The notes beneath the pieces are model-generated. The model was not told the DNA's origin and did no database searches. It worked only from the letters and a program-made list of their open reading frames with translations. Of a stretch of 35,055 nt of DNA, positions 1-11,727 are shown in pieces. Position 1 is the first letter of the stretch. Each line of letters starts with the position of its first letter. Origin of the DNA: Spirogloea muscicola. Taxonomy: Eukaryota. The position numbers were made by a program, and so were the translations under genes. The DNA is taken from the NCBI GenBank assembly GCA_009602725.1, contig WELB01000002.1:581112-616166 (forward strand), read 5' to 3'.

Positions 1-357
1 AGCTCCAGAAGCAGACGCTGGACAGGTCGACAAGGCCCTCATCGGCACTTCCGGTCTTCCTTCCCATCCCCGCCCTCCCTCCTGCCACTGCTGCTCCTCC
101 ACTTTTCTAGCAGCTCCTGCAGCGGACGCATGCCAGGTCAACAAGGCCCTCATTGGCATGGGGCCTTTCCTGCATCCACTTCTGGAGCTGCTAGAGGAGT
201 GAGGCAGTAGCAGTGGCAGGAGGCATGGAGGGGGGGGAAAGAGAGCCCGAAGTGCCGATTGGGGCGTTGCCGACCTGTCCTGCTGGAGCTGCTATGGGAG
301 GAGTGGGGCAGCAGCAGTGGCAGGAGGGATGGCATGGGGGGGAAGAACAGCCGGAAG
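1..357. repeat. Palindromic minisatellite: ~110-bp units in forward orientation (1-158), then inverted (160-357)
   Basis: GGACAGGTCGACAAGGCCCTCATCGGCACTTC (20-51) recurs degenerately at ~132-158 and as an imperfect reverse complement GAAGTGCCGATTGGGGCGTTGCCGACCTGTCC (249-280). CTCCTGCCACTGCTGC (79-94) is mirrored by CAGTGGCAGGAG at ~211 and ~315. Confidence 0.8.
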
Positions 358-555
358 GCGCAGCCATGAACGGGGCACCCGAGGAAGCCCCGGGGCCTGG
401 CGCGGCCATGAGCGGGGCGAAGCGAGCGCGCCAGCCGGCGGCGGCAGGGGGCAATGGGGCCGCCGCCGTCGCCGCCGACGGCGGCGACGGCGGCGGCGCG
501 AGCGGCGGGCGCGGGCGCCCAACGGTCGGAAGGCGAAGGACGAGAAGAGGGGCTG

Positions 556-617
556 CAATGGGGGCAAGGGCTGCGAAAAGCCAGCCCAAAAAGAATTGAC
601 AAAGGTTCGGAGGGGCC
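556..617 (+). repeat. Dispersed modular repeat copy (GCCAGCCCAAAAAGAA family), intact
   Basis: CAATGGGGGCAAGGGCTGCGAAAAGCCAGCCCAAAAAGAATTGACAAAGGTTCGGAGGGGCC, similar to copies near 1.1, 16, 26.4 and 34 kb. Confidence 0.8.
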
Positions 618-1024
618 TAAAGCTAAGGGGTTAAGCTGGTCGAGCAGTGGCCGGCTGCAGAGCCGGCTCGAAGGTGCCCGCTAAGCAAGTGAGTCCACAG
701 GTGTGAGGCACATCCTCACAGGCGTGATCTGCCTACTTGTCACTCCGATGGTCCGGGCAAGCCGCCCCTGGAAGCGACAGGTGCTTCCCTAAGGGGTCAC
801 TTAAATAATCTGAAGACTAAATAAATGGAGCTAAATGCATTCTAACAATTCGTACTCCGTCTGGCACGAACGGCCAAAAGAACACCATGTAAGCGTTAAC
901 AACAATGTTTGGCGCTCACAAAGCTGGGAACGTTATACTTGCTCTAGCTGCAGCCTCTGGCTTTCATAAAGAACAGCGCTTCCAAATTGACGAAAGGGAC
1001 TGCTTCCTGGACTGCTTCCCGGCG

Positions 1025-1163
1025 GCTAGTCTTTCTGACTTGCGCCTGCTGAGTAGAAATGTGATAAGCGACTACCCTGCATGGTACTTGCTTCATTATG
1101 TGTTCCCGCGCTTTTCGGCCCCTTCGGACCTTGTTGATTTGTTTTCGGGCTGGCATTTCACAG
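1025..1163 (-). repeat. Dispersed modular repeat copy
   Basis: Minus strand reads TGTGAAATGCCAGCCCGAAAACAAATCAACAAGGTCCGAAGGGGCCGAAAAGCGC, with looser similarity continuing against 33970-34105. Confidence 0.7.
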
Positions 1164-1834
1164 GTTGACTTGCTTATGTGCTTCAGCAAATATTCAGCCC
1201 CTTCGTCCCTCGTCAACTCTTTCAGTGCTGGCCGCCTTTGGAAGTGCTCACTTACCTCTTGAGATTGAACCATATCTCCTCTTCGTAAATCTCTTCTCTG
1301 TCAGTCTGCTCTTGCCTCATCCATTCTCTACGAGCATCCACAAGCGGTCACTTCATTTGCCATCATTTCACTCTCACCACTGTGACGACCATTCTCATAA
1401 GTTTGTGCTTTACAGCTATTTTTGTCACCACTGCAGGACGGGCAAAGCTCAATGCCCTGGGACGCTGAGTGGACACTGCCCAGCCTAAGAGGCTGGCCAC
1501 CTCTCAACTTCCTCTCTTCCGTTACACCTCACTTTCTCCTGCTCCTGCTCCCTCTCGCACTTCCTTCATTCTCTGTCGTATTTCTCCCCGATCAAGCTCG
1601 CCAATCATTCTGACTCCTCTGCCTCTCCCTTTCCTCGCATTATCACCCTTTCGATCGTACTACATACCCAACATCACGGTCAGACGCGCAAATGGAGTGA
1701 CGGGCATTGCACCAACATAGGCCTGTAGTACTATAGAGATTGTCTTGCAGCATCAAGTCTCCAGGAGTCTCATGCAGGGCACTGATATGGTGCCACCCAA
1801 GAGAGGGATGTGCACGATGTGAAATAGATCTGAA

Positions 1835-4700
1835 TCACCCAATGGCATCGATCAACTTGGGAAACGTCAACCCAGCACCAAATGCTCCGAGATTCTGGAG
1901 CACCTCAATTACGTCGACCATTGTTGGCCTTTGTTTTGGGGTATCGGAGCAGCAAATTAGCCCCAATCTCAAGGCGCCTCAGATTTCGTCCACTTTCTGG
2001 GGGGCGAATGGAGCTAGCGCGATATCAACGCACTCCAAAGGCTTCTCGTGGCGAAGGCAGGATCGCACCCACGAGATTAAGTTGCCACCACTTGCAACTT
2101 CGGTCTGAAAGAAAGGGTCAACAGGCCGTTTGCCAGTGACAGTCTCGAGAAGCATCACTCAAAAACTGAAGACATCGCTGTATGTGGTCAGTTGGCCTCG
2201 GGCGCAGTCTGGACCAATATACCCGACTGTGCCTGTCAATGTGCATCATTGTGACGCGTCATGAGTTGCAGGAAAGATGACCCGTAATCATTACCAGGCA
2301 GTCTGAGGTGCCTCTACCAGCATATGTCTAATACATCCTTCTTGCACGACACCAGAGAGGCCTACGATATAGCTCAAAGGATATTGGAGGGCAACAACCT
2401 GCAGCCATGGTTGACACGTGCGTGTCATGTGCCTGAAAGGTTCGTGCAAGCCCAAAAGCCGCCATGTACCCTTGCCCATGTTCATCCAACAAGGTGTTGA
2501 TTGGCTTGACGTCCCTATGCAGCACCTGAGGGATGCACTCGTGATGCAGATACTTAACCCCAATTGCTGCACCCAACAGAACCTTCTTACGTGCAGCCCA
2601 GTGATCAAACCCTTCTGGCTTTGGAGGCACGCCATTTCCCCCGTGCACCAATTGGTCAAGATTTCCGCCTGGCAAGAATGGATAGATGAGCAGCATGTCC
2701 ACGTCGCTGTCCTTAGGAATGTACCAGCCCCGTAGCGGGACCAGATTGCGGTGATGGATGCGACTCAATACCTCCACCTCAGCTTTCACCGATCTCAGTC
2801 CTTGCTTGTTATCTGGCGCTAGCTTCTTCACTGCATACTTTTGCCCGTCCTTCATCTGCGCACTGCTCAGCATTTTGCATCGTAATGAGGTTTTTCATAG
2901 GATAAGAAGAGCCATGTTATAATTAGATGACCGGGACAACAAGCTACAAGAAGACCACCGCTTGCAAGCAGGGCAATGTACGTACATATAGACTTTTCCA
3001 AAGCCGCCCTCTCCAATAATGTGGTTGTTGTTGAAATCCTCAGTTGCGTCCATGAGCTCCTCGTAGGTGAAGGGACCTTGGAGTCTGTCCTTAGTGATGG
3101 ACATCTCGGAGCAGAAGCTCTCAATGCTACGCTCCTTCTCTGTCATACTTTTGTCCTTCTTCCGACCTAAGCAACACAGCAGGAGAAGTCCCAGCAACAG
3201 GAGGAGAAGGAGGACAACAGCCACAACAACAATGCCGGCAATTGCCCCCCCTGATAAGCTCGACGACTTGTGCTCCGGTGGTGGGGGAGGAGGAAGAGAA
3301 GGAGGTGGGGGAGCTGGCTTGCAGGCCACGTAAGGGCCGCCACACAAGGCGGCATTGCCAGAGAAGGAGCTGCTGCCGTACTGACCAATAGAACCGCCAG
3401 GAATGGGCCCACTGAGATTGTTGTTTGAGATGTCAAAGAAGATAGTAAGACTCCAATTGGCAAGGACGCCGGGATGCTGCCATTGAGATTGTTGTTGGAG
3501 ATCGAGATAGGTGAGACTCGGCAAGTTGCCTGTGCTCTCCGGTATGGGCCCGCTGAATGAGTTGCTTGCAGCCGAAAATGTAATGAGCTTCCTTAATTCT
3601 CCAATTTCCGGGGGGAGACTGCCAGTTAGGTGGTTGTTGGAGATGTCAAGATATTGAGCGTTTTGCAGACTTCGAATGCTCGCAGAGACTCCTCCGGTCA
3701 AGGTGTTGTGACCTAGGGACATAGTCAATGCACTTCTCAAGTTGCCACTCTGGGAATGGGCCAGAGAACTTGTTATTTTCTATCACCAGCTCTTGCAAGT
3801 TCTCCAGGTTGGAGAAGGTTGTCGGAAATGGTCCTGAGAGGCTGTTGCCAGTAAGGTAGAGCCCGTTGAGCAGCAGAAGTGTCCCCAACTGAGGCGGCAC
3901 AAGGCCACTTAATCTGCCAGTAAGTGCGAGTGAGCCGCTAAGTAATAATGCCAGCTGTGACTCTTCTGCAGTTTATGTTTCTGCTGACATGGTAACTCAG
4001 GCAAGCATTGGCTCCAATGAAGACGCAGTCCTAGCTCAGCACCTGTTGTAGCTCAGGTCCAGGTTGACCATAGCCCTGCAATTTGCAAGCTCTGGTGGCA
4101 CTGTACCCTCCAAGCTGACACCAAACGAGCATTTGATAGTGGGTGATCTGACACCTGCAAGGTCAACCTCATACATAGCACAGACTGAAACAGCACACTT
4201 AATCCAGTTGGCCTTACACTGTAGGCGTGATAAAAATCATAAGCAATCACAGATTTCTACAGTCACATGCTGTAATGCGCTGCCAAAGTCTTGCACTTTT
4301 TGCTTCTATCACCTGTTGTTGCTTGCCTGGAAGTCGAGGAGATTAGGCAGCTGCCCAAGCTCTTGCGGTACCCCTCCAACAAGCCTGCCATGTTCAATAT
4401 GCAGAGTGCAACCTCATGAGCTGTTAGGGTTGGTGTTGGACTAATTGTGGACGACTAAGATCTCGGAAGGCTATACCGAGAGTGGAAGCTGGAGCCACAT
4501 ACACATGCCTTGACTTGAGAAACTGGATTCTTGCAAGTCAACCAAAAGCAGTTGACATGGGCGCCAAGAAACCCCTCACAAGTTGTTGCTCAGGATCAGG
4601 TACTGGAGCTTTTTGCACTTGCTTAACTGCTTCGGTATGTGGCCCGATAATCTGTAGTTGGCATAGGAGGAAATCGACTCTATCTTGTCCAGGCTGCTGG
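1835..4700 (-). pseudogene. LRR receptor-like kinase pseudogene (plant LRRs, Pro-rich juxtamembrane, TM helix, RLK/Pelle kinase)
   Basis: LxxLDxSNNxLxGxIP repeats, FSGNAALCG cap, TM IAGIVVVAVVLLLLLLLGLLLLCC, IIGEGGFGKVY, AVKKL, HRNLV, HRDVKPIN, AG|TVGY across intron 2398-2233, TGKRP, RPTM. Lesions: TGA at 2159-2161 (SDVFSF*) and 1979-1981, DFG reads AFG, frameshifts near 3745, 3460-3500 and ~4575. The 5' boundary is uncertain. Confidence 0.9.
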
Positions 4701-5229
4701 CGTCAGAGGCAATGCGTGAGGCGGGCCTGCTGCGCGTCGCCGTGCTCCACAACCGGCAGTTCATGCGCATGAAGGTGTACCAGCGGCGCACTGCCGCCGC
4801 CAAGGGCGGCGGTGGAGGTGGTGCCCGCAAGACCATGCGCAAGAGGCCGGTGCTGGTGCACGGGCTGGCGGACTCGGCGGCCGGCGAGGTCGCCAACCTC
4901 ATGCGCGAGCTCCGTCTGTGGAGCGGCACCACTGACTTCCTGTGTCGCTGCCGCGTCGGCTGCTGAGCTTGTACGACCGCGGCCAGAGGAACCCCCTGCT
5001 TCATGTGGCCTTGTCCGCATGCTCGCAGATTCATTGCAGAGGACAAGCCGACCATTCTTGCAGCTTTGTAGAACCAAAAAGCCCCAAAATTTCAAAGCTC
5101 CAAGATGTATGCCCTGAATCTAGTTGACCCCCGTGCTAGATGGCTTCTCTGACCAGGCCGGCCCTGCTTAGCAGAGCACAGTCCCCGACTTCCTTCTGTT
5201 GACTCCTATTTATCGTCAGGAGAGGCTCA

Positions 5230-5415
5230 CAAATGCTATGTCACTGCTGTCAGCAATGAGGACTTGGCGAAACTTTCCTGATCCTGTCAAGGTGCCACAC
5301 CTGAATCAAAAGCACTCCACTCACAAAGTTACTGTAACTGCTGTCATCATGGAGCGCTTTGCATAGATACATGATGCCGTCAAGGTGCCACACCTGAATG
5401 AGAAGCACTTCCATG
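5230..5415. repeat. Degenerate ~93-bp tandem duplication
   Basis: TCAAGGTGCCACACCTGAAT occurs at 5287 and 5380. The flanking GTCACTGCTGTCA and GTAACTGCTGTCA segments also align. Confidence 0.75.
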
Positions 5416-5601
5416 GCTAGCCCAACAAGTGGAGAGTGAACAAATCCATTAGGCAGCCACATTCACAGCAGGCACACACTTCCGCACTCGATCAGCCTTG
5501 CATGACAACGCGTGAGATCGTCCCAATTTGGGACAACAGTCATGGCTGATGGCAGTCACGATCATCAGTTATGGAAGATCAGATCAAATCTATCCATCAC
5601 G

Positions 5602-8600
5602 TCACATCTCACAAGCAGCAACTTCTGCAGAGTTGCTGCCAGCAACTGCAGCTGCTGCGAACTTCTTCTGAAACGACTGCACATAGCCCTCGGCAAGGCG
5701 GCAGATGTGGCCCTCCTCCCTAGCTAGAAAGCTTGTGGAGGCGGCGCCTGTGTGGTGCCTCGTCACCTTCTCAGTCGTCTTCAGCAGCGCCCACTTGTAC
5801 TGGGGGTGGCTGATGTTGCCCCGTCGGAGGCGTGGTTTCAGCTGCAGCTTCACGAACTCAAGGATCTGCGCCAAGCAACACGGCTGATGACCACTTGCTA
5901 CAGAAAGCCTAAGGTGGCAACTGATGGATGCTAGTAGAATGGTCTTGCATGCTTTGTCTACCTTTGTGGTCCATTCAAATTGCAATAGAAGTAGCAACTC
6001 ATATATCTCCCCTAACATAAGAGTCCTCCGACTTCATTCACCAATTGGAAGAAGTCAAGTCCAACAGTGAACACCCATGCCTTGACTTTCAGGTGACATT
6101 CAAGTGTCTCTTAGGTTCACAGTTAGCAACTTTGGGAGAGAGTGCAGAAACGTCAGTATACAACTGAGACCCACCTGCTTGTGCATCACGTCGGCGTCTA
6201 GAGCAGTGTCCGTGGAGGCCAAGGAGCTGCAGCCGTCCAAGTTTGGGAGCACCGTCGCCCGCAGGCTCTCAATGCGCTCCTCAAGCCCATCGAAGTGCGG
6301 CCACTCATCTGGCACAGTTGCCACAGACGCGGGCACTGTGGCTGTGTCCGCTTCCCGCAGCCCATCTTCTTGACAAGCTGCATCGTCGCACTCCTTTGAT
6401 CTGAGCTCATCACTCAACGCCTTCACGTCAGAGGTCTGCTTGTCCTTCTGGTCTCTGGACTCTGTGGTCGGAGGAGCTTCAGAGACGGAGGTGCCAGCCA
6501 TGCCCATCGCAGCTGCTGCAGCCGCCTGCACTTCCTCCTCGCCCTTCTCTTGAGCGAGGCCTTCGGACGAGGTGCCAGACGAGGTGTCGTCATCACTGTC
6601 GTCACCCAGCAGGCCAGCCGCTCGGAGAGCCTCGTCCTCTCTGGACAAAGCCGTGCCACCGCCGGCACGACACCCTGGTCTTACTTGTTCCGAGGGCGTT
6701 GGCACAGCCAGCACAGACGAACTTGGCTGTACGCAGTCTTCGGGCTGCTGGCAGTGCTGGACCTGAGTCTTGGAGGGCTGAGGCAAAGGCTTGGTCAGGC
6801 ACTGGGAAGGCTTGACATCCTCACGACTGCTAACGGAATCTGTGCCATATGATATGGGTTCCTCCAAAGGTCCGCAGCCGCCTGCTGCTCCTTCAGCTTT
6901 ACTGGCAACGCTTCGTGAAACTTCTGAACTTGAGGCCACGGCTGCGGAAGTCTGGCAGGCTGCTGGCGGCCTGACAACCCTCGCTGAGCTCGCCAGCAGC
7001 CGCGCGCAGTGGTTGAGATACACCATCTTAGAGCTGGAGCTCTGGAATGCCTCGCGCTCCTCTTGGAGGGCATCGGCGACGGCTCGCTCACACACAGTAT
7101 TCCTGCCAATGGGTGCCGAAGGCCCCAACCGGCGCAGGTGCAGCTCCACAAACCTGCTGAGCTGCACCTGCAGTCAAAGTGAAAATTGCAATCCTAAGGG
7201 GCATGCCGTATAACAGCATCATATGCAGAACTAAACTAGCAATAAGGTCTTGCTGTTACATTATGCCGCGATTTAGAGACGCTGACAGTGCATAAAGTGG
7301 TCATTGTTTGATCTAAAGGCTGGCGTGGAGTAACACACATTGTGATAAATGTTACCAAAGGTGCACAGCATGTGAGGCCCTACCTGACGAACTCCTGTGG
7401 GTACCCTGCTGCGCGCACTGATGGGCAGTAGGGGCCGCATGTCTGTTGGTAGCTGGCACTGCACAACAGCCAACACAACAGGGAATAAATTTTCTATCAA
7501 GGTCCAATTCTGTTCTTCTTTCTACGTCTATATGGTTCATAATTGCGGTATGCGGTGTGATCAACCGAAACCGCAACGATAATGTCCACCTGTATCCTGC
7601 TTAATTGAACGCTGGGTTCTTCTTGACACCAAAGCATATAGATTTCAATTGGCCGTAACTTCAAAACATGGACCCGGGATTTAGCTACAGAGCTGCTCTA
7701 CTTCAGACGTGCAGCTCACCAGGAGGACAAACTCGTCGGCCCCGCGCCTCGGCTTGGGCCCCTGGCGAGCAGCGCCAGCGGCCGCCGCCTTCCTTGCCAG
7801 CACCGCTCGTGCTCTCCTTGCAGCTTCGCTGACGGCCGCCTCGGAGGCCTGCGGCTCCACCTCGCACCTACCAGATGCAGCCTCAGATGGGCTTGCTCGA
7901 GCACCGCCGTCTCTGGCTGAGCTACAATTTTCCACAGCTTCTGTCTTGAGCAAGGCAGCCAGAGGTTGCAGAGGTCTGCAAGCAGCGTCTCCACCGATGG
8001 CGTCACATCGGCTCACAGCCAAAGCACGTTCCTCCATGCCCGAGCTCACAGCTCCGCTGTGCTTTTGAGCCAGTGCAGGCTGCTGTCGCGGCGAGCTCGA
8101 TGGCCTCGCCTGCTTGCTCTGCTCGGAGCTGCCTGGCAAGCTGCTGCGAGCTGGCTCGCTGCGGGGCTTGCTGGGAGCCGGTGTCACCGACACCCGCCCT
8201 CGGCCTGACAGTCGCAGCTTCTCCATGGCCTCCCGCCGCCATGCCAGCGTGATCGCCAGCTCCCGGTCCTGCCCGAAGCCGAGGCTGGCCCCCTGGCCGA
8301 AGAGCTTGGCAGCAAGGCCCTTCCTCAGCCGAGTCGGAGCCGTGCTCCGCTTCAGCCCCGACTGCGGCAGCGCCGCAGGCCTCGCAACGAGCGCGAGGCT
8401 CGCCTGCTGCTTCTCTTCCTCCTCCTTGGCACGCCGCACGGCAGCCCTGCAGGCAGCCACGACCGCGTTGCCAGCCGGCGACTCACCGTCGCCGTCGACA
8501 CCACCCTCATGGCCCGCCGACGCAGCCGCTTCTGCACCAGAAGCGCAGAGTTGTGGTGCAGCGAACTCTGGCGCTCCTGCATCAGCGTCTAAAGCGGACT

Positions 8601-11600
8601 CTCCATGTTCACTTGCTGCAGCCGCAGTCACATCAACCACAAGCGCCGGCGGCAAAGCTTCTTCCTGTGTTGGAACTCCAGCAGTGAAGGCCTCTGCTCT
8701 TCGCGCTTCAGCCTTCTCAAGCCTCGGCTCTCGGACGAGGTCACTCGGATCCACCCCGGCCGTCTCAGGCGGCAGGACCAGGAAAGCGCCGGGGCTGGCC
8801 TGCAGCTGAGCGCGCCCAGCAACAACAGGACCGCTTGCAGGAGGATTGTCTGGGACAGCGCTCCTCTTTGACGCAGGACTGACGTCCTCCTCGCTGATCC
8901 TCTCGCTGCTGATTGTACGATCGGCAACAGAGACAGCTTCGGCCCGAAGTCCTGCCTCGGCTGGAGCTTCCTCTAAGTTGCGCTCGTCAGCATTGAGCTG
9001 GCCATGGGACTCTGTCATCTGATCACTGATGACACCTGCATCTTCGCACCTGCCAGAAGAAAGTAGAGCAACTACATGAAGATAAAAGATAGATAGATAG
9101 ATGTAGACATCAATATAGACACAGATATCTACTTCTAGATACATATACGACACTCAGGTGAGCTCTTCCAGGTTACATACATGACAAACTAGACCACAAT
9201 CAACTAACAGAATAGACCAATACAACGGATCAATGTGCACCAACTTCCACAAGGCTGACATCCATACACCTGTGCCTTGGTAATATTGGTAAAGGTTGGG
9301 ACTGGCATTACCCCTGGCCAAGACTGGTAGCGCCGCTTGCAGAGTTGCTTATGGAAGCATTGGTGGCAAGGGCCGGGCTGCCAGGCACGGCACCCTCCTT
9401 GCCGCCTTGCAAGCTTGCTGGCCGATCCTCCACAGACACAGCATTCGAGGTGCTCACACAGCCGCCATCTTGGTTGTCGGGGCCGCCCATCTTACCGTCG
9501 ACTCCTTCCTCAGGCTTTTCCCTGTGCTCCGGCGGGGCAAGGAGGCCAAACTTGGCTTCCTCTGCCAATCTGCGGGGAGATGCGGGGCCTCCGTCCAACT
9601 TGGACAAAGCCGTCACTGCTGAGCTCAAGGCTCCGCTTCCCACCTCAGTTGGGCCACTGTCAAGCTTCTGCCGCTTCCTGTGTGGTGGAGCCAGCTCATG
9701 CAGAGGCGTCGGTGAAGGCAGGTCCTGAGGAACATCGGGCGCGGCCTCGGCGGCTGCCGAGACGTGCTGAGCCGTGGAGGCAGGGGCATGGACTAGCAAA
9801 GGCTCGGCTGGCTCACGCCCGCCGGGCGTAGATGGGCGCACGGGCGATGTCACGTCGCTGGCACAGGCTGCGGCCAACGCTGCCATGTCCTCTGTGAGGT
9901 CCCGCCCTCCATCACCACGGCCCTTTGACTCACTATCACTTGCCGACTCTGAGGCCACGCCAACGCCGTCTGCAGGTGTAGCTGGGGCAACCACAGCCAT
10001 GGCTGCTGGTAACCGATCCTGTTGAGGAAGGCTCGGTGCTCCAGCCGCATCCAAATTGCACGTCGGCGCAAGCTCTGCCGGCCCACCAGCGCACCTGCAA
10101 GCACCACGGCAGAGTACACCGTCTTCTGTTAGGTCCAGGCGAGGACCGGCTGTCAGGATCCCAGATGAGAGCAGGCCAGCTTAACAGGCGCTTGCGATCA
10201 TCGCAGTACGGGCAACACAATGGGAGGAGGGGGCGGGAACAGTCAGGACTTGGCATCTGGGGTCACAGGGGCTTGGTCTTGAGAGCTCACGTGGGGCACA
10301 GCCAGAGAGCTTCACACCAGCTCGTTGCGTCATAGCCCACGCAGCCCGCATGGTACCTGCTCACACGAGCATGTATCGTTATTTGTGATGGCACGTCCAG
10401 ATCCTGCAAGCTTTTTAAGAATGTAGACGTAGTAGCTTTGCAAGTCAAGCACAATCAAGCAAATTGAATGATCTGAAATGTCTCTACTTGGTAAGTGACA
10501 AGCTTTGGCAAGTCAACCTAGCAATTACAAATTAGAGTCATTCTTTGAGGTGGAGGTGAAGCAGAAGTCAAATGCGAAGAGTCAGATACATGCTTCATGT
10601 CTCAAGAGTGTGCAGCTGAGAAGTTCCCGAGTGACGCACCACCGGGCGCACAAGTCACAGGCCACGGAGACGCTAAGGGTGGGGTCCATTGGCTGGTCGC
10701 CACGGCAGCCGGCTGCGAGGACGGCCCTCGCGGAAGGGTCGTCAACGTCCTGACACCAATTTAAGAACATCGCAGCCGTCAGCCAGCGCCGCCGCTGCGG
10801 ATGACAAGCTGCTGCACCAGCCGCAAGACGTAGCTGTCCTTGTCACGTCCGCGGCTGCGGATCTGCACATCGCTGGCCGATACTTTGGAGGACCATGCAT
10901 AGCGGGATATACCTCTGGCGGCACCAGGTATTCCGGCACGTACTCCTCCACGGGAAGCGTCGCCGCACGACTGCTGCCGCAAGCAGCAATACCAACAACC
11001 AATGTTGGTTTCGAGTCACAGATTTAGATGAGCACACCCTTATGACCAAGAGTGGCCAGTAAAAGCCTGATGTGAAAGCGTGATGTGAACGTTAACAACG
11101 GCATCCTCACCAAGCACGAAGGCTGCCATCGTTGCCGCGCTCGCCGCCGTGCTTCGGCGGGCACTGGCGACAGGGCAGACCAAGCGGCGGTCAGGGCCAG
11201 TCAGATTGCGCCAAAGGCCAACGAAGACCTGCAGTGGCGAACGCCGGCCGCCCCGGAACGCGCATTTTGCGGGACTTGATGCCCACATTAGCAATCCCAC
11301 TTGAAGAGTGACTATTAATATATAGGCCATAACACATTCCAGTGAGGGGTCACTGATTCCGGTGTCTAATATGTAGTCCTGAGGCGCCACACGGCCTCTT
11401 CTAAGTATTGTTACTAGAATCCCCATAAATAATAGATAAGATTCGAAGAGAACCAGTCATTCTTAGTATTCTTAGCGGAATCCCCATACATTATACGTAA
11501 GAATCGAGGAGAAACACCCAATTTGCTTATGAGAGTATGGAATGTCAGACGAGGCGGCGGCAAGCACCGTGACGCAGAGCAGGCGGCTGAAGCGGCGCCA

Positions 11601-11658
11601 GCAGACGGGGCAGCGGTCCGACGACTCGGCCCAGTCCTCTGCGCAGTCGTAGCACAGC
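5602..11658 (-). CDS. At4g10930-like RING + PHD + C-terminal SRI-type domain protein (PHRF1/SCAF11-like architecture); multi-exon, first exon not found
   Basis: RING half-exon 11658-11568 LCYDCAEDW...RCPVCWRRFSRLLCVT. PHD VACDLCARW|YHAGCVGYD...WLCP. Conserved blocks AVLARK, QLPTDMRPLL, VPTGVRQ|VQLSRFVELHL...AVADA...SKMVYLNHC. Last exon ILEFVKLQLKP...QYKWALLKTTEKV...LAEGYV, stop 5602-5604. Small exons at 10.8-11.2 kb are uncertain. Confidence 0.85.
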
Positions 11659-11694
11659 CTGCGGCGCGGCCGCCGCCGCCCTCTCAGAGCCGGC

Positions 11695-11697
<3 letters not shown>

Positions 11698-11727
<30 letters not shown>
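11698..11727 (+). repeat. (GGC)10 microsatellite at the junction of two divergent genes
   Basis: Ten perfect GGC units read directly from the sequence. Confidence 0.95.

Noticed and set aside
150..684. Several overlapping 76-150 aa ORFs
   Set aside because: Low-complexity translations of GC-rich palindromic repeat DNA with no domain signature.
1979..2161. TGA recoding (selenocysteine or alternative genetic code) in the RLK
   Set aside because: One stop replaces a conserved Gly, frameshifts co-occur, and other genes here use TGA as a normal stop.
7709..10025. Long plus-strand ORFs antisense to the RING/PHD gene
   Set aside because: Shadow ORFs of GC-rich coding exons.
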